Assembly: GCA_964013565.1 (NCBI GenBank)
Contig: CAXGWU010000036.1
Coordinates: 1 to 29,227, forward strand
DNA: 29,227 nt
Direction: 5' to 3'
From: an uncultured Oligoflexia bacterium
GTDB taxonomy: Bacteria; Bdellovibrionota; UBA1018; UBA6935
The notes beneath the pieces were generated by a model. It worked only from the letters and a program-made list of their open reading frames with translations, was not told where the DNA came from and ran no database searches. How positions within the stretch are numbered: the first letter of the stretch is position 1; each line of letters begins with the position of its first letter. Made by a program: the position numbers and the translations under genes. This document shows positions 1 to 8,557 of the stretch, piece after piece.

Positions 1-147
1 TCTATGGGATTTCTAGGAATTCCCTCATCTATGACGCGAATTATGCAACAACGCCCACTTTAGGATTTAACTATTTGAAATAATAAAAGATTTTAAAGTT
101 GAGTCTTTTTGGTTGCCTCTTGCTTCGAGTATTCGTAAAAAAAGAAA

Positions 148-1977
148 ATGATTTTTACTCGTTTAAAGCAAATGATTGTGGGTAAACCGATGCCGAGTCA
201 TCGATTGTCCGAAGAGAAGATCTCAAAATGGAAGGCATTGGCTGTTTTGTCTTCAGATGCCCTTTCTTCTGTTGCCTACGCGACTGAAGAAATTCTGATC
301 CCGCTTGCAGCCGTTTCAGCTGCGGCTCTCGCATGGTCTGTGCCCGTGGCGATCGCGATTGGTATTCTTCTTATTATTGTTTCTGCATCTTATCGTCAAA
401 CGATCGAGGCTTATTCAAATGGAGGAGGAGCTTATGTCGTTGCCAAAGAGAATATTGGTGTTCTTTCTGGATTGGTTGCAGGAGCTGCTTTACTTATTGG
501 TTATGTGTTAACGGTTTCTGTTTCAGTTGCTGCTGGAGTTTCTGCAATTACATCTGCTTTTCCTGAAGTGTATGAGTTTAGGGTGATGATCGCAGTGATT
601 GTTATCGGACTCATTACGTGGATGAATCTAAGAGGAATTAGGGAGTCTGCAACCGTTTTTGCTTTTCCAACTTATATTTTTATTATTTCTTTCTTTGTCA
701 TGATGGGAGTAGGAGCTTGGAAAATCTGGACTGGACAAGCTGTTCAGGCTCACCCTATTCTTCATGACAGTTATCCTCCAATAGCTATGTTTTTAGTTTT
801 TAGGGCCTTTTCTTCAGGCTGTGCGGCCTTAACAGGAATTGAAGCGATTTCTAATGGAGTGCCTAGTTTTAAAGCTCCTGCTCATACCAATGCAAAAATT
901 ACATTGACTTGGATGGCAGCTCTTTTGGTGGTTTTGTTTTTTGGTATTACTGCACTTTCTCATGTTTATGGAATTGTTCCTCGAGGTGGAGAAATGGCAG
1001 TGTCTCAATTGGCGAGAGCCGTTTTTGGGACAAACTGGTTTTACTATGTCATTCAAGTTTCAACAGCTTTGATTTTGGTTTTAGCGGCTAATACCTCTTA
1101 CAATGGATTTCCTTGGTTGGCAGCAGTCCTGGCACATGATCGCTTTTTACCTAGACAAATGGCTATTCTCGGAGATCGACTGGTCTATTCGAATAGTATT
1201 ATCTGGCTCAGTATTGCGGCTGCGATTCTAGTTATTTTATTCCAAGGAGAAACACATTCGCTTATTCCTCTTTATGCGGTCGGTGTATTTTTGGGATTTA
1301 CTCTTTCACAAGCGGGAATGTTAAAACATCATCTTAAACATAAGAAGCCAGGGTGGATGAGAGCGTTTGCTATTAATGCCCTAGGTGCGGTGACTACATT
1401 CATTGTAATGCTTGTTGTTGGAGCAACTAAATTTTCTGAAGGGGCTTGGATTGTTGTCCTTTTAATTCCGTTTTGTGTTTTTATCTTTTATAAAATTAAT
1501 CGACATTATCTGTCGATTGGAGCAGAGCTGTCTCTGATGGAGGAGAGTGCTCCAAGTAAAATGAATCCTGTTAAGCATACAGTCGTGATTCCTATTTCAG
1601 GTGTTCATAGAGGAGTTGTTGAAGCACTCCGATATGGAATTTCTATATCAGATGATGTTCGGGCGGTTTATGTTGAAATAGACCCTCAAGCAACAGAGCG
1701 CGTGAAACAAGCTTGGGAAGAGTGGGCGCATGAAATTCCATTTGTGGTATTAAAATCTCCTTATCGATCGATCATAAAACCCCTATTGGAATATGTTGAT
1801 GATTTATCTAATACGGTACACAGTGAAATCATTACAGTGATTGTTCCTGAATTTGTGACAGCTCATTGGTGGCATCAAATTTTGCACAACCAAACTGCTT
1901 TTTTGATTCGAGCAGCTTTGTTGTTTAAGAAAGGAAAAGTAGTGACAAGTGTTCGCTACCATATTAAAGGAATTTAA
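148..1977 (+). CDS. APC-superfamily permease (amino acid/polyamine-type) with soluble C-terminal domain
   Basis: 609-aa ORF with about 12 hydrophobic spans. The N-terminal motif LSSDALSSVAYATEEIL is typical of this APC subfamily. A hydrophilic tail of about 150 aa follows the last TM. Confidence 0.8.
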   Translation: MIFTRLKQMIVGKPMPSHRLSEEKISKWKALAVLSSDALSSVAYATEEILIPLAAVSAAALAWSVPVAIAIGILLIIVSASYRQTIEAYSNGGGAYVVAKENIGVLSGLVAGAALLIGYVLTVSVSVAAGVSAITSAFPEVYEFRVMIAVIVIGLITWMNLRGIRESATVFAFPTYIFIISFFVMMGVGAWKIWTGQAVQAHPILHDSYPPIAMFLVFRAFSSGCAALTGIEAISNGVPSFKAPAHTNAKITLTWMAALLVVLFFGITALSHVYGIVPRGGEMAVSQLARAVFGTNWFYYVIQVSTALILVLAANTSYNGFPWLAAVLAHDRFLPRQMAILGDRLVYSNSIIWLSIAAAILVILFQGETHSLIPLYAVGVFLGFTLSQAGMLKHHLKHKKPGWMRAFAINALGAVTTFIVMLVVGATKFSEGAWIVVLLIPFCVFIFYKINRHYLSIGAELSLMEESAPSKMNPVKHTVVIPISGVHRGVVEALRYGISISDDVRAVYVEIDPQATERVKQAWEEWAHEIPFVVLKSPYRSIIKPLLEYVDDLSNTVHSEIITVIVPEFVTAHWWHQILHNQTAFLIRAALLFKKGKVVTSVRYHIKGI

Positions 1978-1980
1978 AGT

Positions 1981-3003
1981 CTAGCTTTCAGTTTGATCTT
2001 TTTCTTCAGAAGATTGGTTGGGTTGAAAGTCTTTTTCAACCGGGGGAAAATAATCTTCTGGATCCTCAGGAAGTGGGACTTCCTCTGTTGGTCGATCTCC
2101 TTTAGCGAAAATAAAGGCAATAGACAAAACAAGGGCTGCTCCAGCACCAAGTTGAACATAGTTAAGCTGGGCTTTTAGATAAACCCAGTTTAGAATGACG
2201 GCGGTTACTGGAAAAATCATTTCAGCAAAAGCAGTGATATTTGCTTGAGTGTATTTAACTCCGTAGTTGTAAAGTGTCATGGCAAGTAAGCCCGGAATGA
2301 TTGCAATAAAAAGGATGGCTTGGACTGTCGAGATTTCTGATAGAAGTTCTAAAGAATGATTTGTTGGGCTTAGAAAAACAAATGGGATCAAGGTAATTAA
2401 TCCAAACCAGTATCTCCAAAATGTAGTTACAATCGGACTCACTCTTTTAAGGACGCTCTTTCCAATGACAGTCGCAACTGCCCATAGGCAGGCAGCAGTA
2501 AGAGCAAAGAGTACTCCTTTTGAATTTGCATCTAATTCTTCAGAAAATGACGGGAAATTTAATTCTGGAAATGAAAGAACAGCTGCTGAAGCTATCGCAA
2601 TAGGAGCCGCTATTAAAAACACCCGGCTTGGTATTTCCTGAAGAAAAATGAGCGCAAGTAAAGTGGTTAAAATAGGTTGTATTTTTTGAATGAGAATAGT
2701 GACGCTCGGATTAATGAGTTGAAAACTTTTTGTAAAAAGAAGAAGAGCGATGGCAGAGGCACCACTTCCAATCACCATTAATCCAATCCAGTCATAAAAC
2801 TTCAATTTGAAAAATTCTTCTCGTTTAAACCAGACGTAAGGCAAAAAGAGAAGAAACACCACAAGGTGTTCTAAGGCAACAATGAGAGAAGCGTCTATTT
2901 TTTGTAATGTAGGGACTCGAAAGAGAGCATCCGTTGCCCAAAGGGCTGCCGCAAGAGCGACAAGAAGAGGACCTAGAAAATTTTTTTTATAGTGAAAGGG
3001 CAT
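1981..3003 (-). CDS. EamA/DMT-family transporter
   Basis: 340-aa ORF with about 10 TM helices arranged as two EamA-like halves and an acidic/Pro-rich C-terminal tail. Its start overlaps the trmFO stop by 17 nt, so the two are co-transcribed. Confidence 0.8.
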   Translation of the reverse strand: MPFHYKKNFLGPLLVALAAALWATDALFRVPTLQKIDASLIVALEHLVVFLLFLPYVWFKREEFFKLKFYDWIGLMVIGSGASAIALLLFTKSFQLINPSVTILIQKIQPILTTLLALIFLQEIPSRVFLIAAPIAIASAAVLSFPELNFPSFSEELDANSKGVLFALTAACLWAVATVIGKSVLKRVSPIVTTFWRYWFGLITLIPFVFLSPTNHSLELLSEISTVQAILFIAIIPGLLAMTLYNYGVKYTQANITAFAEMIFPVTAVILNWVYLKAQLNYVQLGAGAALVLSIAFIFAKGDRPTEEVPLPEDPEDYFPPVEKDFQPNQSSEEKDQTES

Positions 3004-4372
3004 GTTTTTTTAGTTCCTGAAGTTGTGAAGACGTTACCGGAATCTTAGTCGAAGACCACCATTTTTTAAAATTAATTAGCGACTGTTGAGCCATTTTTTC
3101 TCTTACGGCTTTACGTTTCTGACCTGAAAGTCCGTCAAAGTAAAGGGGATCGAAGAGGCCAAAGTGGACATTCGTAGGTTGATAATTTTTGGAGTCTGAA
3201 TGAATGAGGTAGTGAAGCATAGCGCCAAGAGCTGTATTTGGAGGAGGAGCGTCGTGTTCAATTCCTTTGATTCGTTGAAGAATAAACATGGCCACAAGCA
3301 TGCCACAGCCAGCAGATTCAAGGTATCCTTCGACGCCTGTAATCTGTCCGGCAAGATACACTGAAGGAGCCCCTTTTAGAGAGAGATCAGGCCGAAAAAC
3401 TTTTGGGCCGCACACGTAAGTGTTTCTGTGGATTGATCCCAGTCTTAAAAATTCTGCATTTCTGAGTGCTGGAATCATTTTGAAGATTCTTTTTTGTTCG
3501 CCGTACTTTAGTTTAGTTTGAAATCCCACCATATTATAAGCGGTTCTACTTTTGTTTTCTGGGCGAAGTTGAACCACCGCATAGGCTTTTTCTTCAGGAC
3601 GATTTGGATTTTCTAAGCCTACTGGTTTCATCGGACCGAAGCGAAGAGATTCTCTTCCTGATGCGGCAATTGCTTCAATGGGTTGGCATCCTTGAAAAAA
3701 TTTTTCTTTCTCAAATGTTTTTGGAGTCACTTTTTCTCCCATTAGAAGTTCATCAATAAATTTTTCATATTCTTCTTTGTTCATCGGGCAGTTGAGATAA
3801 GCAACTTCTTCGCCTTTTCCGTAGCGATTTGCGAGAAATGAATATTCTGGATCGATTGAATCACTTTCAATAATTGGGGCGATTGCATCGTAAAAGTAAA
3901 GATCGTCAGTATCTGTTTGTGAAGCAATCCACTGACTCAACCCTTCTGAAGTGAGAGGGCCTGTCGCAAATAGGGTCGGAGCATCTTCAAAAGGTTCTGT
4001 GATTTCTTCTCCAAGACGGCGTTCAATATTTGGGTGACTTTCTAATTTTTGGGTGACTTGTTGAGCAAAAATATCCCGATCTACAGTCAGTGCTTCTCCG
4101 CCAGGAACTTGACTGGCTTCTGCACACTGAAGAATGAGAGAGCCAACGTGATTCATCTCTGCTTTGAGCATTCCTGGTCCAGAAATAGGATTTTTGGATT
4201 TAAGAGAGTTGCTGCAGACTAATTCTGCACATTGATCACTTTGGTGAGCTTCTGTCATTTTTTTTGGACGCATTTCATGAATACAAACTTTAATTCCTCT
4301 TTCGGCTAAAAAATAAGCAGCCTCTGAACCTGCAAGTCCGCTTCCAACGATATGAATCTGTACTTTTGACAT
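2987..4372 (-). CDS. trmFO: methylenetetrahydrofolate--tRNA-(uracil54-C5)-methyltransferase TrmFO (Gid)
   Basis: 461 aa. Carries the N-terminal FAD fold IVGSGLAGSEAAYFLAERG, then HEMRPKKMTEAH and the catalytic-Cys region AELVCSNSLKS. It is colinear with TrmFO throughout. Confidence 0.92.
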   Translation of the reverse strand: MSKVQIHIVGSGLAGSEAAYFLAERGIKVCIHEMRPKKMTEAHQSDQCAELVCSNSLKSKNPISGPGMLKAEMNHVGSLILQCAEASQVPGGEALTVDRDIFAQQVTQKLESHPNIERRLGEEITEPFEDAPTLFATGPLTSEGLSQWIASQTDTDDLYFYDAIAPIIESDSIDPEYSFLANRYGKGEEVAYLNCPMNKEEYEKFIDELLMGEKVTPKTFEKEKFFQGCQPIEAIAASGRESLRFGPMKPVGLENPNRPEEKAYAVVQLRPENKSRTAYNMVGFQTKLKYGEQKRIFKMIPALRNAEFLRLGSIHRNTYVCGPKVFRPDLSLKGAPSVYLAGQITGVEGYLESAGCGMLVAMFILQRIKGIEHDAPPPNTALGAMLHYLIHSDSKNYQPTNVHFGLFDPLYFDGLSGQKRKAVREKMAQQSLINFKKWWSSTKIPVTSSQLQELKKHALSL

Positions 4373-4402
4373 AAAGCATTATTTATCACAGATGTTGATA
4401 AT

Positions 4403-4496
4403 TGTGGATAAGTCTTTGATTTAGGAGTGAAAATCAATGGTTGCTCGTGGTTAACTTATTTAAAATGTGGATAAAGTGTGGATAAGTTGTGGATAA
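4403..4496 (-). promoter_or_regulatory. cluster of four perfect DnaA boxes (TTATCCACA read on minus strand)
   Basis: TGTGGATAA occurs at 4403-4411, 4466-4474, 4477-4485 and 4488-4496, all in the same orientation. The last three start exactly 11 bp apart. The cluster lies in the divergent trmFO/xer intergenic region, 36 nt upstream of the xer start codon. Confidence 0.6.
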
Positions 4497-4531
4497 CTGG
4501 ATGATCTTTGTTTTTTTGAGAAAATAAATCC

Positions 4532-5458
4532 ATGAATCTCGCTCAATTTACAGAACGTTGGTTGTCTGAGCTCAGGCAAAAGGGGAGGAGCTCGCATTCA
4601 CTAAGAGCCTATGAGCATGATTTAAATTCTTGGGTTCTTTTTTTAGAATCCAAACAAATTCAAACAGTTAAAGATCTGAATCAAATTGATCGGAAATTAA
4701 TTCGAACTTTCCTTTCAAATGAATTGGGTCATTGTGCATCTTCAACGCTCGCTCGAAAGGTATCGACCTTAAGACAATTTAGTCGTTGGTTACGAAGAAA
4801 TACCGATTTTGAACGAGACTTAAGTTTATTGTGGGCCTCTCCCAGAGTACAAAAACCACTCCCTCGTTTTTTTGGAATTGAAGAAATGCTTAGTCTTCTT
4901 GATTTGATGGATGAGTCCACATTTTTAGGAGTCCGAGATCGAGCTCTTTTTGAAGTGATGTATGGTGCTGGTCTTCGAGTTGATGAAGTGACTGGTTTAT
5001 TTTGGGATTCTATAGATTTTAAAAAAGGGTGGGTAAGAGTAATCGGTAAAGGGACGAAAGAGAGAGAGGTTCCTATTGGTTCCTCCGCTTTAGAAGCACT
5101 TGGCTCCTATCTGAATTGGTTAAAAAAATTAGAACAAGTGAATTTAAAAGTTTTTTTAAATTATAGATATAGCCCTCTTTCAAATAGGAGTGTTGCTCGA
5201 ATTCTTTCTAAATACCTTTTAAAGTTATATTCTTTATCTGATGAAATAGGTCTATTACCTAAAAATTTGAGTCCTCATTCGATTCGGCATAGTTTTGCTA
5301 CACATTTACTTGCAGGAGGGGCAGATTTAAAAGTCATTCAACAAATGTTAGGGCATTCACAATTATCAACCACCCAGCGCTATACTCATGTAGATTTAGG
5401 AACATTGGTAGACGAGTATCATCAAGCCCATCCTTTAGAGGATCTTTTGAAGAAATAA
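4532..5458 (+). CDS. tyrosine site-specific recombinase, XerC/XerD family
   Basis: 308 aa with an N-terminal SAM-like core-binding domain. Catalytic residues are visible: GLRVDEV (Arg), HSIRHSFATHLL (HxxR) and LGHSQLSTTQRYTHV (His, Tyr). I cannot separate XerC from XerD by eye. Confidence 0.85.
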   Translation: MNLAQFTERWLSELRQKGRSSHSLRAYEHDLNSWVLFLESKQIQTVKDLNQIDRKLIRTFLSNELGHCASSTLARKVSTLRQFSRWLRRNTDFERDLSLLWASPRVQKPLPRFFGIEEMLSLLDLMDESTFLGVRDRALFEVMYGAGLRVDEVTGLFWDSIDFKKGWVRVIGKGTKEREVPIGSSALEALGSYLNWLKKLEQVNLKVFLNYRYSPLSNRSVARILSKYLLKLYSLSDEIGLLPKNLSPHSIRHSFATHLLAGGADLKVIQQMLGHSQLSTTQRYTHVDLGTLVDEYHQAHPLEDLLKK

Positions 5459-5499
5459 CTTGGGTTGAGTTGTATGATTTGCTAATTCGAAAGGCTCAT

Positions 5500-6114
5500 A
5501 TGGAAAGTTTATTGAAGTTTCTTCTCGGTTTTAATGCTCCTATCCCTTATTTCTTCGTTTTTGGAATATTGCTTGCCTGTGGCTTGGGAATACCGATTCC
5601 TGAAGACATTACTTTATTTGCTGCAGGTGTGCTCTCCTATTATGGAAAGGCAAATGTATATGTCATGATTGCCATCGGCATGTTGGGGGTGATGCTGGGT
5701 GATTCAATGATTTTTTATCTTGGATCTAAGTATGGTGTTCGACTGACTGAAAACAAAAAGTTTCATAAAATCATTCCACCAGCTAAGTTTGAAAAAATGT
5801 CCGAAAGCCTTCGGGTGAGGGGAAACCGATTGATATTTTTTGCTCGATTTATGCCTGGATTTCGGGCCGCCGCTTTTTTCTCAGCAGGTACATTAGGTCT
5901 TCCTTATCGAGTGTTTTTTTTATTTGATGGAGTTGCGGCTTTGATTTCTGTTCCATCAATCATCTATAGCGTTTATTATTTTGGTGATCAGGTTGATCGT
6001 GTCATTCGTATTATCCAAGGGATTGAACATGGGATTGCAGGAGCAATCTTTTTGGGTATTTTATTTTTTGTAATGAAATGGATGATAAAGAAAAGGAAAC
6101 GACAGAGAGCTTAA
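5500..6114 (+). CDS. DedA/VTT (SNARE-associated) family membrane protein
   Basis: Shows the DedA pattern GLGIPIPEDITLFAAG ... FFARFMPGFRAAAFFSAG. I prefer the ATG at 5500 (MESLLKF) over the TTG at 5470 given in the ORF track. Confidence 0.8.
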   Translation: MESLLKFLLGFNAPIPYFFVFGILLACGLGIPIPEDITLFAAGVLSYYGKANVYVMIAIGMLGVMLGDSMIFYLGSKYGVRLTENKKFHKIIPPAKFEKMSESLRVRGNRLIFFARFMPGFRAAAFFSAGTLGLPYRVFFLFDGVAALISVPSIIYSVYYFGDQVDRVIRIIQGIEHGIAGAIFLGILFFVMKWMIKKRKRQRA

Positions 6115-6116
6115 GG

Positions 6117-7082
6117 ATGAGATTAATTTTAGTGTGCTTTTTTTTTATTTGTTTTTTTAATATGGGGTTTTCTTCGGGGCCAGCAAAACTAAAAGAAAAA
6201 ATAAAGTCGCTCGTGACTCCTAAAATGAGCTCTAAAGAGAAAAAACAATGGTGCCACTCTTTAGAACATTCGATTCATTTTTATCAATGGAAATGGGATT
6301 CTTGCAAAAAATTAGACTGGAAAGTTTTAGGTAAATCGGTTCAAAACCGTCCTCTCACTTATTTAACTTATGGTCCAGAGAATGCAAAAAATACAACTCT
6401 TATTTTTACGATGGTTCATTCTGATGAAATTACCCCGCTCTATATTGGTTTACGCCTGACCGATTGGTTGGAAGAACATGCTTCTTCGTTTACTAATCAA
6501 AGAGTGATTTTAGCACCTCTTGTTAATCCGGATGGTTTTTTTAGAAAAAGAAAAACTCGAGTGAATGCCAATAAAGTAGATGTAAATAGAAACTTTCCAA
6601 CAGCGGATTGGAATGATGATGCAATTGAATTATGGAAAAAAAAATTTCGTTCAAATCCACGTCGTTACCCTGGAAAACAAGCAAATTCTGAACCAGAAAC
6701 TCGGTTTCAGATTGCTTTGATTAAAAAATTTAAACCTCAAAAAATTCTTTCAGTTCACGCACCTCTAAATTTTATGGATTACGATGGACCGAATATTCTT
6801 TCACTTGCTAAATTTCCAAAAGAATACGTAAAAAAATGCCTTCAGCTTCGATCAAAGGTGAATGCGCGATCGGGAGGATTTTATCCAGGATCTTTAGGAA
6901 ATTACGCAGGACAAGAGCGATCCATTCCTACATTGACTCTTGAGCTACCTTCTGCAGATTACTCTAAAGGGTTAAAGTATTGGAATCAGTTTAAAAACGG
7001 AATTAAAACGGTGATTGAGTTTGAGGTTCCACCCACTTTACAAGGACTTCCTTCTAAAGAAAGTAAAAAACAATTTTTTTAG
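6117..7082 (+). CDS. secreted M14-family zinc carboxypeptidase/murein-peptide amidase-like protein
   Basis: M14 motifs appear in order: HSDE (HxxE zinc ligands), NPDG, VDVNRNFP, SEPET and SVHAP (third zinc His). A signal peptide (MRLILVCFFFICFF) follows the ATG at 6117, which has an AAGG Shine-Dalgarno. The track start at 6078 overlaps dedA. Confidence 0.75.
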   Translation: MRLILVCFFFICFFNMGFSSGPAKLKEKIKSLVTPKMSSKEKKQWCHSLEHSIHFYQWKWDSCKKLDWKVLGKSVQNRPLTYLTYGPENAKNTTLIFTMVHSDEITPLYIGLRLTDWLEEHASSFTNQRVILAPLVNPDGFFRKRKTRVNANKVDVNRNFPTADWNDDAIELWKKKFRSNPRRYPGKQANSEPETRFQIALIKKFKPQKILSVHAPLNFMDYDGPNILSLAKFPKEYVKKCLQLRSKVNARSGGFYPGSLGNYAGQERSIPTLTLELPSADYSKGLKYWNQFKNGIKTVIEFEVPPTLQGLPSKESKKQFF

Positions 7083-7090
7083 GTTAAAAA

Positions 7091-8557
7091 ATGAATAAAT
7101 CATTTATCTCTTTTTTATTTTTCTTTGGACTCGTTTTATTTGCCCACTCATTTTCATTAGGGCTTTCAGATGATGAAGCCTATTATTGGATTCTGTCACG
7201 ACAGTGGTCTTTAGGCAGTGAGTTTCACCCCCCCATGGTCGCCTGGTGGATTAAGATTGTGACTATGGTTTTTGGGGACCTTAGTGTGCGATTGCCGGCT
7301 ATTTTAACTTCTCTGTTTCTGGTCTGGGTTACTCGATTTTATGTACTCAATGAAGGGAAACCAGATCTTTTAAAGTTTTCTCATCAATGGATTTGGATAA
7401 GTTTACCTGGGCTTTTTGTGGGATCTTGGATGATGGTTCCTGATATTCCACTCTTTTTCTTTTGGGGAATTCTTCTTTTAGTTGGAAGAAAGTGGATCGA
7501 GCGTCGCTCTCTTTTACTTTTTTTTGTTATTCTTTTTTCATTTGCCGGGATGAATCTTTCCAAATTTTCTGGAGTTTTAATTCTACCTAGCCTTATTGCA
7601 TCATGGTTTTTTCTTTCTGACGAAACTCAGAGAGTTCGTACTACTTTTTATGGAGGGTTTGCCCTTTTCTTAGGCCTTATTTTTTCTTGGTCTATTATTA
7701 TTTATTGGAATTCAGCACATGAATGGATTGCTCTCAAATATCAGTTTATGGGGAGGCATGCGGGAGAGATCTCTTGGCTGAGGTATTTGAGGTTTTGGGG
7801 GATTCAGATCATTTTAGCTGGTCCTGTTCTTTTTCTTTTTAGCTTAAAGTTACCTGTATTTTTTTTAAAAAAGAAAAACAAAGGAGCTCTTTATTTATTG
7901 TTTTTAGCTCTCCCGCCTTTAATTGTTTATTTTCTACAGCCTCTTCGAGCAGAGTTTAAGCTTCATTGGACATTAGCTGCTTGGATTCCGTTATGGATTC
8001 TTTGGATTTTGGAAAATATCTCTAATCGGAGATGGTTTCGTATTCAAAATAGTTTTTCTGCTTTAGTAATTGTTTTTGTTTTTTTATCGGCTCATCTTCC
8101 GATTCTTCCGTTTTTTCATAAAGCTTTTTCAGATCGTCCTTGGAATCCTTTGTGGGACGTAACGGGTGATTTAGAAGGGTGGAGAGAGCTTCCTTCTCAT
8201 TTAAAGTCTTTAGGATATCAATTAGATGAGTGGGGCTTTGCAGGGAATCGTTATCAGACCGCATCACAAGCTGGATTTGCTTTGAGAGAGTATGGAGTTT
8301 CAGTTTGGGTGCCTCGGAAAGAAGGTGCACGATTTGATTGGTCAATTCCTCGTATTGTTAAAGATCCTGTATTTGATTTAACTCTTTTGAAAAAGACTCT
8401 CTTTTTTGGAGATCACCGATATAATGCTCCACCTTCTTTTTTGAAGGCCAGTTGTGAATCTATTCCATCTTTAGAGGTGAATCGGGGTTCCTATCGATCT
8501 AAAACGATTCTTATCTGGAAGTGTTTACCGAAGCTTTCTTTAGATGATCATTCCTAA
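7091..8557 (+). CDS. ArnT/PMT-like GT-C glycosyltransferase (family 39/83 type)
   Basis: 488 aa with at least 10 TM helices. The first loop motif LSDDEAYYWILSRQW...HPPMVAWWIK is characteristic of polyprenyl-phosphate-sugar-dependent GT-C enzymes. A soluble C-terminal domain is present. Confidence 0.7.
   Translation: MNKSFISFLFFFGLVLFAHSFSLGLSDDEAYYWILSRQWSLGSEFHPPMVAWWIKIVTMVFGDLSVRLPAILTSLFLVWVTRFYVLNEGKPDLLKFSHQWIWISLPGLFVGSWMMVPDIPLFFFWGILLLVGRKWIERRSLLLFFVILFSFAGMNLSKFSGVLILPSLIASWFFLSDETQRVRTTFYGGFALFLGLIFSWSIIIYWNSAHEWIALKYQFMGRHAGEISWLRYLRFWGIQIILAGPVLFLFSLKLPVFFLKKKNKGALYLLFLALPPLIVYFLQPLRAEFKLHWTLAAWIPLWILWILENISNRRWFRIQNSFSALVIVFVFLSAHLPILPFFHKAFSDRPWNPLWDVTGDLEGWRELPSHLKSLGYQLDEWGFAGNRYQTASQAGFALREYGVSVWVPRKEGARFDWSIPRIVKDPVFDLTLLKKTLFFGDHRYNAPPSFLKASCESIPSLEVNRGSYRSKTILIWKCLPKLSLDDHS

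Noticed and set aside
1-63. Possible 3' end of an upstream plus-strand gene (...SMGFLGIPSSMTRIMQQRPL*).
   Set aside because: Only 20 codons are visible, with no recognisable motif, so it cannot be supported as a feature.
4373-4531. Calling the DnaA-box cluster the chromosomal origin (oriC).
   Set aside because: No dnaA or dnaN gene is nearby, there is no extended AT-rich unwinding element or clear DnaA-trio array, and there are only four boxes. It is kept as a hypothesis inside the finding but not annotated as an origin.
4532-5458. Tyrosine recombinase as a marker of an integrated mobile element or prophage.
   Set aside because: Its size and N-terminal domain match the Xer family. There is no flanking tRNA, no direct repeats, and no phage or transposon genes. 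The surrounding genes are housekeeping.
6636-6644. A9 homopolymer inside the M14 peptidase gene (and similar T/A runs, for example at 7861-7875) as phase-variation tracts.
   Set aside because: Such runs are frequent across this AT-rich window, in coding and non-coding DNA alike. The reading frames are intact, and nothing suggests slipped-strand switching.
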